DNA from: an uncultured Candidatus Bathyarchaeia archaeon
GTDB taxonomy: Archaea; Thermoproteota; Bathyarchaeia; Bathyarchaeales; Bathyarchaeaceae
Assembly (NCBI GenBank): GCA_964510635.1
Contig: CAZEBS010000004.1
Location: 68,165-132,164, forward strand
Length of the DNA: 64,000 nucleotides
Direction of reading: 5' to 3'
Of this stretch, positions 1-9,217 are shown in pieces. A program made the position numbers and the translations under genes. Below the pieces are notes generated by a model, which saw only the letters and a list, made by a program, of their open reading frames with translations, had not been told where the DNA came from and did no database searches. The number at the start of each line of letters is the position of its first letter. Position 1 is the first letter of the stretch.

Positions 1-77
1 ATAGGGGGTGCAATAAGTGAAGCCATAAGAAAAATAGTGACAATAACTAAAGCGATACGTTTAGCTACGTTGCACAT
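1..77 (-). CDS. 5' end of a secreted/surface protein gene (runs off the window)
   Basis: Minus-strand ATG at 77 reads MCNVAKRIALVIVTIFLMASLIAPP.. (basic then hydrophobic, signal-peptide-like). A TATA-like TTTTATC lies 24 bp upstream. Confidence 0.6.
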   Translation of the reverse strand, partial: MCNVAKRIALVIVTIFLMASLIAPP

Positions 78-100
78 GTAGTTTCAGGAAGCAAATTTTT

Positions 101-186
101 GATAAAAGGTTTTTTGTCAAAGTTTCTTGACCCATAAGTTATGAGGTTAGTCAAGGTTTTTTGACCAAACTGTTTGTCATAGCGGC
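101..186. promoter_or_regulatory. Tandem GTCAA-N6-TTGAC palindromic boxes beside a minus-strand TATA box (copy 1)
   Basis: GTCAAAGTTTCTTGAC at 116-131 and GTCAAGGTTTTTTGAC at 150-165. The same architecture recurs at 28586-28670. Confidence 0.65.
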
Positions 187-250
187 GTTTTTTGGGTTGG
201 AACAGCGTAACTTATAAGAAAACTTTGCCCATTGGTCAGGTGTGGAAATC

Positions 251-1327
251 ATGCCAAAGAAGCTTACTTACTCGGAAGCGGGCGTAGACAGGAAAACAAG
301 AGCAAAATCCAAACAAGCCCTCTCAATGCTAAAAGGAACCTACACCTTGGGCAGATACGGAAAAGTTGTTCAGCTGCCCTACGGCAACATCTTCCTTGCT
401 GGCGACCGCTACCTAGACCTCGTCATCGAAGGCGTCGGAACCAAAGTTCTCCTTGCCCAGCTGGCAGACAAATATGACACCATCGGAGTGGACGGCGTTG
501 CCATGGCAGTCAACGACGTTATACGGTCAGGAGCCACTCCCTTAGCTTTAGTTGACAATTTTCATGCCCACGTTTCTGACCCAGACTTGGTCAAAGAGTG
601 GCTGAAGGGCATAGTCAAGGGCGCAGAAGAATCAGATTGCCCTGTTCCGGGAGGCGAAATCGGAGATGTGGCTTCCATCATAAAGGGGTTAACCGAGGGA
701 AAAGGCTTTGATTTGATTGTTGCCAGCGTAGGCGAAGTGCAGGAAAGGGACATTATTTCTGGACGAAACATCAAGGCGGGTGACGCTGTTGTGGGTTTAC
801 GAAGTTCAGGGGTTCACAGCAACGGAATCTCGCTTGTACGGAAGGTTCTTTTCAAGGAGTGGGGCGGTAAATATGAGCCCTTTGATGTTCCAGACGGATT
901 CGACAGAGAAATCGTGTACGAGGCTTTGGAGCCAACAAAAATTTATGTCAAATCATTCTTGAACGCCGCCAAAGCGGTCACAATAAAGGGTGCCATTCAC
1001 GTGACCGGAGACGCATACATCAAATTCGACAGATTCATGAAGTACTCACCGGGCATCGGCTTCGAGTTCGCCAACTTCAAGCCGCAGCCAATCTTCAGTC
1101 TTATACAGCAGACAGGACCTGAGGTTGGAGGCACAATAACGGATGAGGAGATGCTGAAAACCTTCAACATGGGCTGGGGCTTCGCTGTTGTGGTGGACAA
1201 AACCGATGTAGACGAAGCAATTGATGTCATCGAGAAATGTGGCGTTGAAACTGAGGAAATCGGAAAAGTGACAAATACAGGAAAGATTGTTGCAGACTAC
1301 AAGAGCAAAAAGCTTGAACTGAAGTAG
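251..1327 (+). CDS. purM: Phosphoribosylformylglycinamidine cyclo-ligase (AIR synthetase)
   Basis: TYSEAGVD, EGVGTK, AMAVND, GGE, SSGVHSNG, HVTG and TFNMG motifs. ORF opens at GTG 242; ATG 251 follows AGGTG. Confidence 0.95.
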   Translation: MPKKLTYSEAGVDRKTRAKSKQALSMLKGTYTLGRYGKVVQLPYGNIFLAGDRYLDLVIEGVGTKVLLAQLADKYDTIGVDGVAMAVNDVIRSGATPLALVDNFHAHVSDPDLVKEWLKGIVKGAEESDCPVPGGEIGDVASIIKGLTEGKGFDLIVASVGEVQERDIISGRNIKAGDAVVGLRSSGVHSNGISLVRKVLFKEWGGKYEPFDVPDGFDREIVYEALEPTKIYVKSFLNAAKAVTIKGAIHVTGDAYIKFDRFMKYSPGIGFEFANFKPQPIFSLIQQTGPEVGGTITDEEMLKTFNMGWGFAVVVDKTDVDEAIDVIEKCGVETEEIGKVTNTGKIVADYKSKKLELK

Positions 1328-1400
1328 AGTTGTTTAACTGTTCATTTAAATTTTTAAGTAGATAACATTTAAATTTTGATTTGTTCACTCACAATTCAAG

Positions 1401-1649
1401 ATGTATAGCGCAAGAATCGAAGTCAGCCTCAAGCCGGGGCACTCAGACCCGGAAGGAGAAATGACCTGTCAATCCTTGAAGGAACTCAAGTTTTCCGCCA
1501 ATAAAGTCAATGTAAGCAAGGTCTACACTGTAGTTTTTGAGGCAAAATCTATGCAAGAAGCGGAGGAGGCAGTGGAAGAGATGTGTAGAAGGCTCCTCGC
1601 TAACCCAACCAAAGACAACTACAGCTACACAATAGAGGAAGCAAAATGA
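1401..1649 (+). CDS. purS: FGAM synthase subunit PurS
   Basis: LKPGHSDPEG and LLANP motifs; 82 aa; overlaps the purL start. Confidence 0.95.
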   Translation: MYSARIEVSLKPGHSDPEGEMTCQSLKELKFSANKVNVSKVYTVVFEAKSMQEAEEAVEEMCRRLLANPTKDNYSYTIEEAK

Positions 1650-4018
1650 GCCGCTACGTCAAAAAAGACGTGCCCTTCGAGCTTGTAGAAATAGACCTTA
1701 AAGACGCTGATGATGAGGAACTCGTCCAAATCAGCACAAAACTAGGAATCGGACTAAACCTAACCGAAATGCGCCTTGTCAAAAATTATTTCTCCAAAAG
1801 AAACCGTAACCCAACAGACGTGGAACTGCAAACCATCGGACAGACATGGTCAGAACACTGCTACCACAAAACCTTCAAAGGCAACATAACAACCCCAGAA
1901 GACACAATCAGCAGCCTCTTCAAAACCTACATCGCCAAAGCAACCAAAGAACTGAACCCCGACTGGTGCATCTCCGTCTTCGAAGACAACGCAGGCATCA
2001 TCGAATTCGACAAAAACTATGCCATCGCAGCAAAGGTTGAAACCCACAATCATCCCTCAGCCATTGAGCCTTTTGGGGGAGCAGCTACAGGAACAGGCGG
2101 AGTTATACGGGATATACTGGCTGTTTGGGCAGACCCTATAGCATGCACAGACGTTCTTTGCTTTGGTCCCCTAGATTACGATTACGACAAGTTGCCTCCT
2201 GGAACCAAGCACCCAAAATACGTTTACAGGGGCGTAGTCTCCGGAATAGGTGCCTACGGAAACAACATGGGAATCCCCACAGTCAACGGAGCCATCCATT
2301 TTGACGAAAGCTACGTCGGCAACGTGGTAGTCTACTGCGGATGCATAGGCATTCTTCCAAAAGACAAGTTCGTGAAGGACACCAGAGCAGGAGACATAGC
2401 ACTGCTTGTGGGCGGAGAAACAGGAAGAGACGGAATCCACGGCGTCACCTTCGCCTCAGCAGAACTAACCAAAGAATCCGAAGAAGTTTCCAGACCCGCA
2501 GTCCAGATAGCAAACCCCATAGAAGAAGAGCGAGTCAAGCGGGCAATAGTGAAGCTGCGGGACGAGGGCTTAGGCTCAGCCATAACTGACATAGGCGGCG
2601 GAGGAATATCTTGCGGAACTGGAGAAATGGCTGAACGGTCAAACCTTGGAATTCACGTTTACCTAGAAAAGATTCCATTAAAGTATCAGGGGTTGGCACC
2701 ATGGGAAATCTACGTTTCAGAATCACAGGAACGGATGCTCCTGTCAGTTCCAGAAAAAAACCTGGAGAAAGCCATAGAAATTTTTGAGGCCGAAGACGTT
2801 AAGGCAACTCCCATAGGCAAATTCACAACCGACGGAATCCTAAAAGTAACATACAATGAACAGACAGTTGCAGAGCTGGACCTTGACTTCGTTTTTGATC
2901 CACCAAAATTTGTTGGCGCCACAGACTGGCAGCCCCCTAAACTAGAAGAGCCAACATTTCCAGAACCAAAAAACCTAACTAATGAATTGTTTGGGTTGCT
3001 TTCGTTGCCGAACATCGCCAGTAAAGAGGCGGTGATAAGAAGCTACGACCATGAAGTGAAAGGAGCCACGGCACTGAAGCCTCTGCAAAGCAAGTATGGT
3101 GGACCCAACGACGCTGCTGTCCTCAAGCCCCTGTCCGATTCATGGAAGGGCGTAGTCATCTCTTGTGGAATGAATGTCAACTATGGAAAGGTTGACCCAT
3201 ACTGGATGGCAGCCTCAGGAATAGACGAGGCAATAAGAAACAATGTTGCTGTTGGCGGAAGAAGAATTGCCCTCCTCGATAACTTCACTTGGGGAAACCC
3301 CCAGAAACCTGACCGATTAGGCTCTTTGGTGAGCGCATGCAAGGCGTGCTACGATTTCGCTAAGGGCTTTCAGACGCCCTTTATTTCAGGAAAAGACAGC
3401 CTCTACAACGAATCACCCATAGGACCAGTCACACCCACACTCCTAATCACAGCAATCGGAATCACCCCAGACATACGAAAAACAGTCTCCATGGAACTGA
3501 AGCAACCCGGAAACATCGTCTACATGGTTGGCAGAACCTACCGTGAACTCGGAGGCAGCCACTACTACCAAACCAAAGGCACTCTAGGCAACAGCGTCCC
3601 CAAAGTAAGAATCGAAGAGGCAAAACAGACAATGGACCTGATTACAGAAGCCATTGACAGGGGCTACTTGCGGGCATGCCACGACCTTTCAGAGGGTGGT
3701 TTGGCTGTTGCGGCCGCGGAGATGGCTTTCAGTAGCGGATACGGAATAGACCTGAACCTAAGCAAGGTTCCCAGAGCAGATGATGTGTCCAGAAACGATT
3801 TTGTTCTTTTCTCGGAGTCAAACAGCCGATTCCTTGTTGAGGTAACAGAAAAGCGCAGAACAGACTTCGAAGCCCTGATGAAGGATGCTGTCTATGCTGA
3901 GGTCGGCAAAGTCAAAAAAGACGCTGTCCTGTCTGTGGCAGGCTTGGACGGCAAAGAGGCAATCCTTGCAGACTTGAAAGAGTTGAGGAGACGCTGGAAA
4001 AGCACACTAGGAGAGTGA
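1646..4018 (+). CDS. purL: FGAM synthase subunit PurL
   Basis: WSEHCYHK, KVETHNHPSAIEPFGGAATG, GRDGIHG, SESQERM and SGKDSLYN motifs. Confidence 0.97.
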   Translation: MSRYVKKDVPFELVEIDLKDADDEELVQISTKLGIGLNLTEMRLVKNYFSKRNRNPTDVELQTIGQTWSEHCYHKTFKGNITTPEDTISSLFKTYIAKATKELNPDWCISVFEDNAGIIEFDKNYAIAAKVETHNHPSAIEPFGGAATGTGGVIRDILAVWADPIACTDVLCFGPLDYDYDKLPPGTKHPKYVYRGVVSGIGAYGNNMGIPTVNGAIHFDESYVGNVVVYCGCIGILPKDKFVKDTRAGDIALLVGGETGRDGIHGVTFASAELTKESEEVSRPAVQIANPIEEERVKRAIVKLRDEGLGSAITDIGGGGISCGTGEMAERSNLGIHVYLEKIPLKYQGLAPWEIYVSESQERMLLSVPEKNLEKAIEIFEAEDVKATPIGKFTTDGILKVTYNEQTVAELDLDFVFDPPKFVGATDWQPPKLEEPTFPEPKNLTNELFGLLSLPNIASKEAVIRSYDHEVKGATALKPLQSKYGGPNDAAVLKPLSDSWKGVVISCGMNVNYGKVDPYWMAASGIDEAIRNNVAVGGRRIALLDNFTWGNPQKPDRLGSLVSACKACYDFAKGFQTPFISGKDSLYNESPIGPVTPTLLITAIGITPDIRKTVSMELKQPGNIVYMVGRTYRELGGSHYYQTKGTLGNSVPKVRIEEAKQTMDLITEAIDRGYLRACHDLSEGGLAVAAAEMAFSSGYGIDLNLSKVPRADDVSRNDFVLFSESNSRFLVEVTEKRRTDFEALMKDAVYAEVGKVKKDAVLSVAGLDGKEAILADLKELRRRWKSTLGE

Positions 4019-4022
4019 AAAA

Positions 4023-4841
4023 ATGAAGGCTGAAGAAATTCGTGTCTGCGTCATGAGGGTCGGCGGAACAAACTGCGACGCCGAAACAAAACGAGCCTTC
4101 GATGAACTGGGCGCAAAGGCAGAGGTGCTTCATTTCAACGAGGCAGTAAAGAAACGCAATCTTCAGGATTATAATGCTCTTGTGTTTCCGGGCGGATTCT
4201 CGTACGGCGACTACGTACGGGCAGGAGCCATCTGGGCAACCGGAACAATGACGAAGTTTCGGAAAGACCTGAAACTGTTTGTTGAGGAAGAGAGACCAAT
4301 ATTGGGAATCTGCAACGGCTTTCAGGTTCTAGTCGAAGCAGGGCTACTACCTGCCTTTGAGGGAATCAGCGAGTATCCTGAGGCAACGTTGGCAACCAAC
4401 ATTCCCATAGGATACAACTGCAGATGGGTCTACCTGAAACATGAAAACTCTGGAAACTGCATCTTCACCAAAAACATTCCAAAAGACAAAGTATTGCACA
4501 TACCTGTTGCCCATGGTGAGGGACGGTTCCAGTTCGCAAAAGAAAACGAAAACAGATACCTGCAAAAACTGATGGACAACGACCAGCTTGTCTTCAGATA
4601 CTGCACCAAAGACGGTGCACCCGCCGACGGAGAGTATCCAGTTAACCCTAACGGAGCTTTCTATGACATAGCAGGCATCTGCAATCCCGCAGGAACAGTC
4701 TTTGGCTTGATGCCCCATCCAGAAAGAGCATTCTATGGCTGGCAACTTCCTGACTGGACAAAAACAGAAACTGCGCCAGCCTATGGAGACGGAAAACAGG
4801 TCTTCGAGTCCATGATAGAATACTTGAAGAAACGATTCTAG
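4023..4841 (+). CDS. purQ: FGAM synthase glutaminase subunit PurQ
   Basis: GTNCD, PGGFSYGD, GICNGFQ, HGEG and MPHPER motifs. Confidence 0.97.
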   Translation: MKAEEIRVCVMRVGGTNCDAETKRAFDELGAKAEVLHFNEAVKKRNLQDYNALVFPGGFSYGDYVRAGAIWATGTMTKFRKDLKLFVEEERPILGICNGFQVLVEAGLLPAFEGISEYPEATLATNIPIGYNCRWVYLKHENSGNCIFTKNIPKDKVLHIPVAHGEGRFQFAKENENRYLQKLMDNDQLVFRYCTKDGAPADGEYPVNPNGAFYDIAGICNPAGTVFGLMPHPERAFYGWQLPDWTKTETAPAYGDGKQVFESMIEYLKKRF

Positions 4842-5740
4842 AGGTTTTTCAAGTCAGATAATTCAGGCAGTCCTGTTCTGGCGCCCACCATTGATATGCA
4901 GCGGGAAGCAACAAAGTTTCCCAGCCTTCCACACTCATACAGGTCTTTTCTTTTGATTAGTCCATAGAGAAAACCTGCACAGAAGGCGTCACCAGCCCCA
5001 GTTGTGTCAACAGCCTCCACCATGTAGGGCTCAATCAGGTGGCTCTCTTTTCCGTCAGTAACGTAGCAACCCTGTCCGCCAAGCTTAACAGCAATCACAT
5101 CAACCCCCAACTCGATGAATGCCCGAGCGCCTTCCTTGTAGTCCTGTCCTGTAAGCAACTTCAATTCTATCGCATTAGGGAACAAGACAGAACATTTCTT
5201 GATTATTGGCTTCAATACCGCCAAGCCTTTTCTTGCGTAGATGGCTCCAGGATCAAAACTCACCCTGACGTTTTTGAGCAGGTTTAGGAGCTGTTTTTGG
5301 GCTTTGAATGAACGTTCTCCAACAAAAGAGGATAGATGCAGAAACTCTGCGCCAGAGACGTAATCTAGGTTAATGTCTTTGAAGTCTATGTGGTCGTTGA
5401 CTCCTGGGTCAACATACAGTGCCCTGTCACCTTTTGTGTCGATGAAGCCCATGACTGAGCCGCTTCTGCCCTTCTCCGAGACAGTTATTCCGTTAACGTC
5501 TACTCCCTCTTCTCTGAACTCGTTTAGGAGAAATGTTCCTTCACGGTCTGAGGCAACCTTTCCGATGAAGCCTGTTTTGAGTTCCAGCCTAGCTAAACCT
5601 ACAACTGTGTTGGCTGCAGAACCTCCACCATACTCCTTGAAGTCCAGCACGGCACCTTCTTCCTCTTTCTTAGCAATCATGTTCACCTTGAAGAGCTTGT
5701 CCAGATTAAGGGCGCCAAAGCCTACAGCATCAAAAGTCAT
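4838..5740 (-). CDS. PfkB/ribokinase-family carbohydrate or nucleoside kinase (EhaT-like)
   Basis: GGSAAN and DTTGAGDAF PfkB signatures; ATGA overlap with the upstream ftr-like gene. Confidence 0.9.
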   Translation of the reverse strand: MTFDAVGFGALNLDKLFKVNMIAKKEEEGAVLDFKEYGGGSAANTVVGLARLELKTGFIGKVASDREGTFLLNEFREEGVDVNGITVSEKGRSGSVMGFIDTKGDRALYVDPGVNDHIDFKDINLDYVSGAEFLHLSSFVGERSFKAQKQLLNLLKNVRVSFDPGAIYARKGLAVLKPIIKKCSVLFPNAIELKLLTGQDYKEGARAFIELGVDVIAVKLGGQGCYVTDGKESHLIEPYMVEAVDTTGAGDAFCAGFLYGLIKRKDLYECGRLGNFVASRCISMVGARTGLPELSDLKNL

Positions 5741-6642
5741 CCTAGCAGCTCCTTTAGGTAGATTTTGTGTTTTCCAAGTTTTCCGCCATAATTACCAGCA
5801 GAAACCCTGACAACCCCATCAACTTGTGTTGCGCTTTGGATGCCTGCTTTCATTGCCTTCTTGACGGCTTCCATGGAGGTTCCGTTAATCACAATCTCCG
5901 GGATATACTTCACGCCTTTTGGAACCTTCGATTCCTGTCCCAGCCTAGTTTTTAATGTGGAACAGTAGGGGTGATTGGTTGTGGGTCCAATCAACGGAAA
6001 CTTGGTTTCAGGCTTGGAACCCGCAGAGCAGATGTCAAAGGGTGCTATTACGCCCTTAACTTGACTTATAGCATCCAACGCCTTGTTTCCTGCATCCATG
6101 ACTGCTCGTTTGGTTTTGCACATGAACCAGAAGTTGGCTCCCATAACGCCCCGTGCGTAGCCCAGCTCCTTCTCTATCAGAAAGTTAGAAACCATCAAGG
6201 GAACAACAATCATGCTTCGTCTATAGCGGTTTTCTGTCCATTCATAGCCGTCTCCACAGTGACCAACCCGCTCCATCATACCCATCTTTCCCTCAGCTTC
6301 AGGTAGGGCGTCAAAGACGGCAGTGAAGGGCTTCACTAGAATGTCCTGCCTTATTCTGAAGGAGAGTTCTGCTTCAAACTTTTTCACGGACTCTGTTAGG
6401 GGCTTGTTTGGGTCGATTCCTCCCCAGAACTGCAGAACTGCGCCGTTTCGTCCATCTGGCGTTTCCTGTTTGGTTAGGATGTTTTCGATGCCTCCTTCGA
6501 TTCTGCCGATAACAATTGATGGTGTAGCTGTGGCGTCTTCAGCGGCTTTCCGTAAAACTGTAGGATGGTCTGCTGTGACTACTACTCTGGAGACTATTCC
6601 GTCGAAAGCTTCTGCGTAGGTGTCTTCGATTTCAGGCTTCAA
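5737..6642 (-). CDS. ftr: Formylmethanofuran:tetrahydromethanopterin formyltransferase-like protein (Ftr/EhaS-like paralog)
   Basis: [40 protein letters not shown] and [10 protein letters not shown] motifs of the Ftr family. Confidence 0.88.
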   Translation of the reverse strand: MKPEIEDTYAEAFDGIVSRVVVTADHPTVLRKAAEDATATPSIVIGRIEGGIENILTKQETPDGRNGAVLQFWGGIDPNKPLTESVKKFEAELSFRIRQDILVKPFTAVFDALPEAEGKMGMMERVGHCGDGYEWTENRYRRSMIVVPLMVSNFLIEKELGYARGVMGANFWFMCKTKRAVMDAGNKALDAISQVKGVIAPFDICSAGSKPETKFPLIGPTTNHPYCSTLKTRLGQESKVPKGVKYIPEIVINGTSMEAVKKAMKAGIQSATQVDGVVRVSAGNYGGKLGKHKIYLKELLG

Positions 6643-6662
6643 GGAAATCCCCCTTCATATGT

Positions 6663-7769
6663 TTAGCCTAACTGTCCTATAGCCTCTCCCCTCACAGTCT
6701 TCCTGAAAACGCTGCTCTCCCTCTTCAAACGCTCAACACTATCATCGGTTACCTGTTCCACCTGAGGAAAACCATCAGAAAACACCATAGACATCCGTTT
6801 ACACAATTCTGGAGAGACACTATTTTTCTTCAGTCCCGAAAGACTCCACTCCTTAACCAGTCTAAGGGCTCCATCTTTGCCCTGTCTGCTGAAGGCTTCC
6901 GCGAGAACAGACGTTACAGTGGTGTTTCCTGAAAGCACCGCAATATCTGCCTCCCGCACAGAATAATCATTGCCGTTAAAGGAGACTGTTAATCCGCCGT
7001 TCTCTCTTACTAGCTTCAGGGCTGGCGCGTCGGTTATGCTGTCGCCCACATACATTACCCTGTCAAGGCTGCAATTCATCCGCTCCACAACGTCTTGCAC
7101 TGCCCGAGCTTTTTCTGTGCCGCCAACAGGATTAACCTCTGTTAGCATCCTTCCAGATTCCATGTTTGACAACTCTTTCCAGAATATTGTGTCCAGCCGC
7201 TCTATGGTTTCTTGGTCTCTCTGGGAAAAGTCATTGACGGAAAAGGCGTTTTTTGGGATTTCAATCATAGGCAACGCTGCTATCTCTTTTTTGAGTTCTT
7301 GTAGCCTTTTCATCTCTTCGGCGGGTATGTCGTATTTGTCGAGGTTCAGGCGGGTGCAGTAGCAATTCTCGAAAGGAAAACCAGTCAGCTCACATAAAGA
7401 AGAGATGTACTGCTCGTAGCTGGTGCTGACAATGAAGGAGGGCATAAGCTGTCTGACGAAGGTGAGGGTGTTTTTGGCTCCTGGAACCAGTAACACGTTT
7501 TTGGCAGAAAAATTTTTGATTTGCTTGTTTGTGGCTCCGTAAGCCTTAAGGAAAGGAAGAATCAGCCGTAGCGTGTCCCCAGCCTTGTAGCCATGCTTCT
7601 GGACAACATCTGCAAGAACATCATCATATTTACTTATTAGAGCAAAGAAGCTGCCTCCATCTGGGACAAGATTGGCTGCCAACTCGAAGGCGTTGTCATT
7701 CTTTGAGATAGGTCCCTCACAGTCAGAAACGAACAGCCTCAGACTTTTCTGGGACGCTTCTTCTGACAT
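6663..7769 (-). CDS. HAD-superfamily hydrolase (COG4030/EhaR-like)
   Basis: HAD motif I variant DCEGP, motif II IVSTSY, motif III Lys (GGTEK), motif IV GDSITD. Its start shares base 7769 with the purD stop. Confidence 0.8.
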   Translation of the reverse strand: MSEEASQKSLRLFVSDCEGPISKNDNAFELAANLVPDGGSFFALISKYDDVLADVVQKHGYKAGDTLRLILPFLKAYGATNKQIKNFSAKNVLLVPGAKNTLTFVRQLMPSFIVSTSYEQYISSLCELTGFPFENCYCTRLNLDKYDIPAEEMKRLQELKKEIAALPMIEIPKNAFSVNDFSQRDQETIERLDTIFWKELSNMESGRMLTEVNPVGGTEKARAVQDVVERMNCSLDRVMYVGDSITDAPALKLVRENGGLTVSFNGNDYSVREADIAVLSGNTTVTSVLAEAFSRQGKDGALRLVKEWSLSGLKKNSVSPELCKRMSMVFSDGFPQVEQVTDDSVERLKRESSVFRKTVRGEAIGQLG

Positions 7770-9184
7770 CAGCGCCTCCTCAATTCATCCATATGTTCTA
7801 TGCTTTGTCTAATGTGTGGTTTCGCAGCAATGTCGCTTCGGTTCCACAACGCACCGCCACTAATCGCCACAATACCCTCCAGGGACTTTTCTCTTGCCTC
7901 CTGAATACTGTCACCCAAGCCCACAACGGCTACGGTGCGGGAGCCAAGGGCAAAGTTTTCGCCGTCCCTCAGCTCCATGGAACCAGGATAAACCCTTATG
8001 TTGCCGTCCTTTTTGGCTAGCTTCTGTGCTTCAGTCAAGTCTATGGCAGTGTCAACAGCTGTTTTGTCTACGCGGTCAGGATATACGGTTGCGTAGCCGC
8101 CATAGTTTGGTGGAACCTTGTATGTTACGACGGTTGCCTTGTTCAGGAAGTTGACTTTTCTCAGGTTTCCGTCCCTCATGTTGTAGCATACCTCAACGAA
8201 GTCGTCCTTCAGTGCAGGCAACAGAGTCATTATCTCTGGGTCGCCAGGTCGGCTGTTTACTTCTAGGATTTTTGGTCCTTTGTCGGTGTGGATGAAGGCG
8301 GCGTAGAATGGGGTTCCCCGTAGCTCAGGATTGCTTCCTTTTCCCTTCAACTCCACGAAAACCCTGTTAACTAACTCAACCTCTTTCTCCCTGTCTTTTG
8401 CGGTAATGAAAGGCAGAATATCCTTTGTGTCCTTGTATGCGCCCATTCCTCCAGTGTTTGGACCTTTATCCTCGTCAAAGGCTCGCTTGTAGTCTCTGCT
8501 TTCAGGCAACGGAATCAAACGTTTTCCGTCACAAAATGCCTGAAAACTGGATTCTTCGCCCTCAACTTTCTCTTCGATTATCACTGGACCATGCTCGTAG
8601 TTGGATAGGAAATGCTCGAAAACCTCCTCTGGCGAGTTGAAGTGGTCTCCCCACACTCCAACACCCTTTCCTGCAGTTGCCCTGTCAGGCTTCACCGCAA
8701 CCTCATTGTTAAGTTCCTTCAGCCAAGCGTACACACTCTTTTTGACTTGTGTGGTGCTGCTGTAGTCTTTGGGGTCAAAAACCTTGAATTCTGGATTAAC
8801 TTCTGGCGAAACTTTCTGAAACAGCTGCCGTTGAGCGATTTTGCTTGCTTCTATGGCATACTGTTTGGTTGGGCAAATCATCTGTATGCCTGTCTTTTTC
8901 TCGACCATATCCCGTACGCCTGCGATGATAGGTTTTTCTGGACCAACTATCCCAAAGTCTATCTGGTCACGGTATTTTTTGGCGAACTTGGTGATCTTCT
9001 CCAAGTTGAAGTCTGAGATAACTGTGTGTTTTTCTGCATGTTTCACGTTGAAGGGGTTACGCTGTTTGTCAACAACATAAAATTTTGGGGCATATTCTTC
9101 GCTGCGGACAAAGGCATCTATCATGGCGGCTGCTCTTGAGCCGTACGAAATTACTAGGATACCGACTTTTTCCATCAAGGTCAC
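7769..9184 (-). CDS. purD: Phosphoribosylamine--glycine ligase (GAR synthetase)
   Basis: VGPEKP, EASK, AGKGV, DYKRAFDEDKGPNTGGMGAY and EVNSRPGDPE motifs. Confidence 0.93.
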   Translation of the reverse strand: MTLMEKVGILVISYGSRAAAMIDAFVRSEEYAPKFYVVDKQRNPFNVKHAEKHTVISDFNLEKITKFAKKYRDQIDFGIVGPEKPIIAGVRDMVEKKTGIQMICPTKQYAIEASKIAQRQLFQKVSPEVNPEFKVFDPKDYSSTTQVKKSVYAWLKELNNEVAVKPDRATAGKGVGVWGDHFNSPEEVFEHFLSNYEHGPVIIEEKVEGEESSFQAFCDGKRLIPLPESRDYKRAFDEDKGPNTGGMGAYKDTKDILPFITAKDREKEVELVNRVFVELKGKGSNPELRGTPFYAAFIHTDKGPKILEVNSRPGDPEIMTLLPALKDDFVEVCYNMRDGNLRKVNFLNKATVVTYKVPPNYGGYATVYPDRVDKTAVDTAIDLTEAQKLAKKDGNIRVYPGSMELRDGENFALGSRTVAVVGLGDSIQEAREKSLEGIVAISGGALWNRSDIAAKPHIRQSIEHMDELRRR

Positions 9185-9217
9185 CTACATACTGGATGCA
9201 AACTTGTCATAATTGAG

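Noticed and set aside
1343-1377. CATTTAAATTTT direct repeat before purS
   Set aside because: AT-rich and TATA-like, so not separable from ordinary promoter sequence; not found before purM or purF.
5737-6642. ftr-like gene as evidence of methanogenesis
   Set aside because: No mcr, fwd, mch or mtr genes are in the window, and the context points to purine metabolism.
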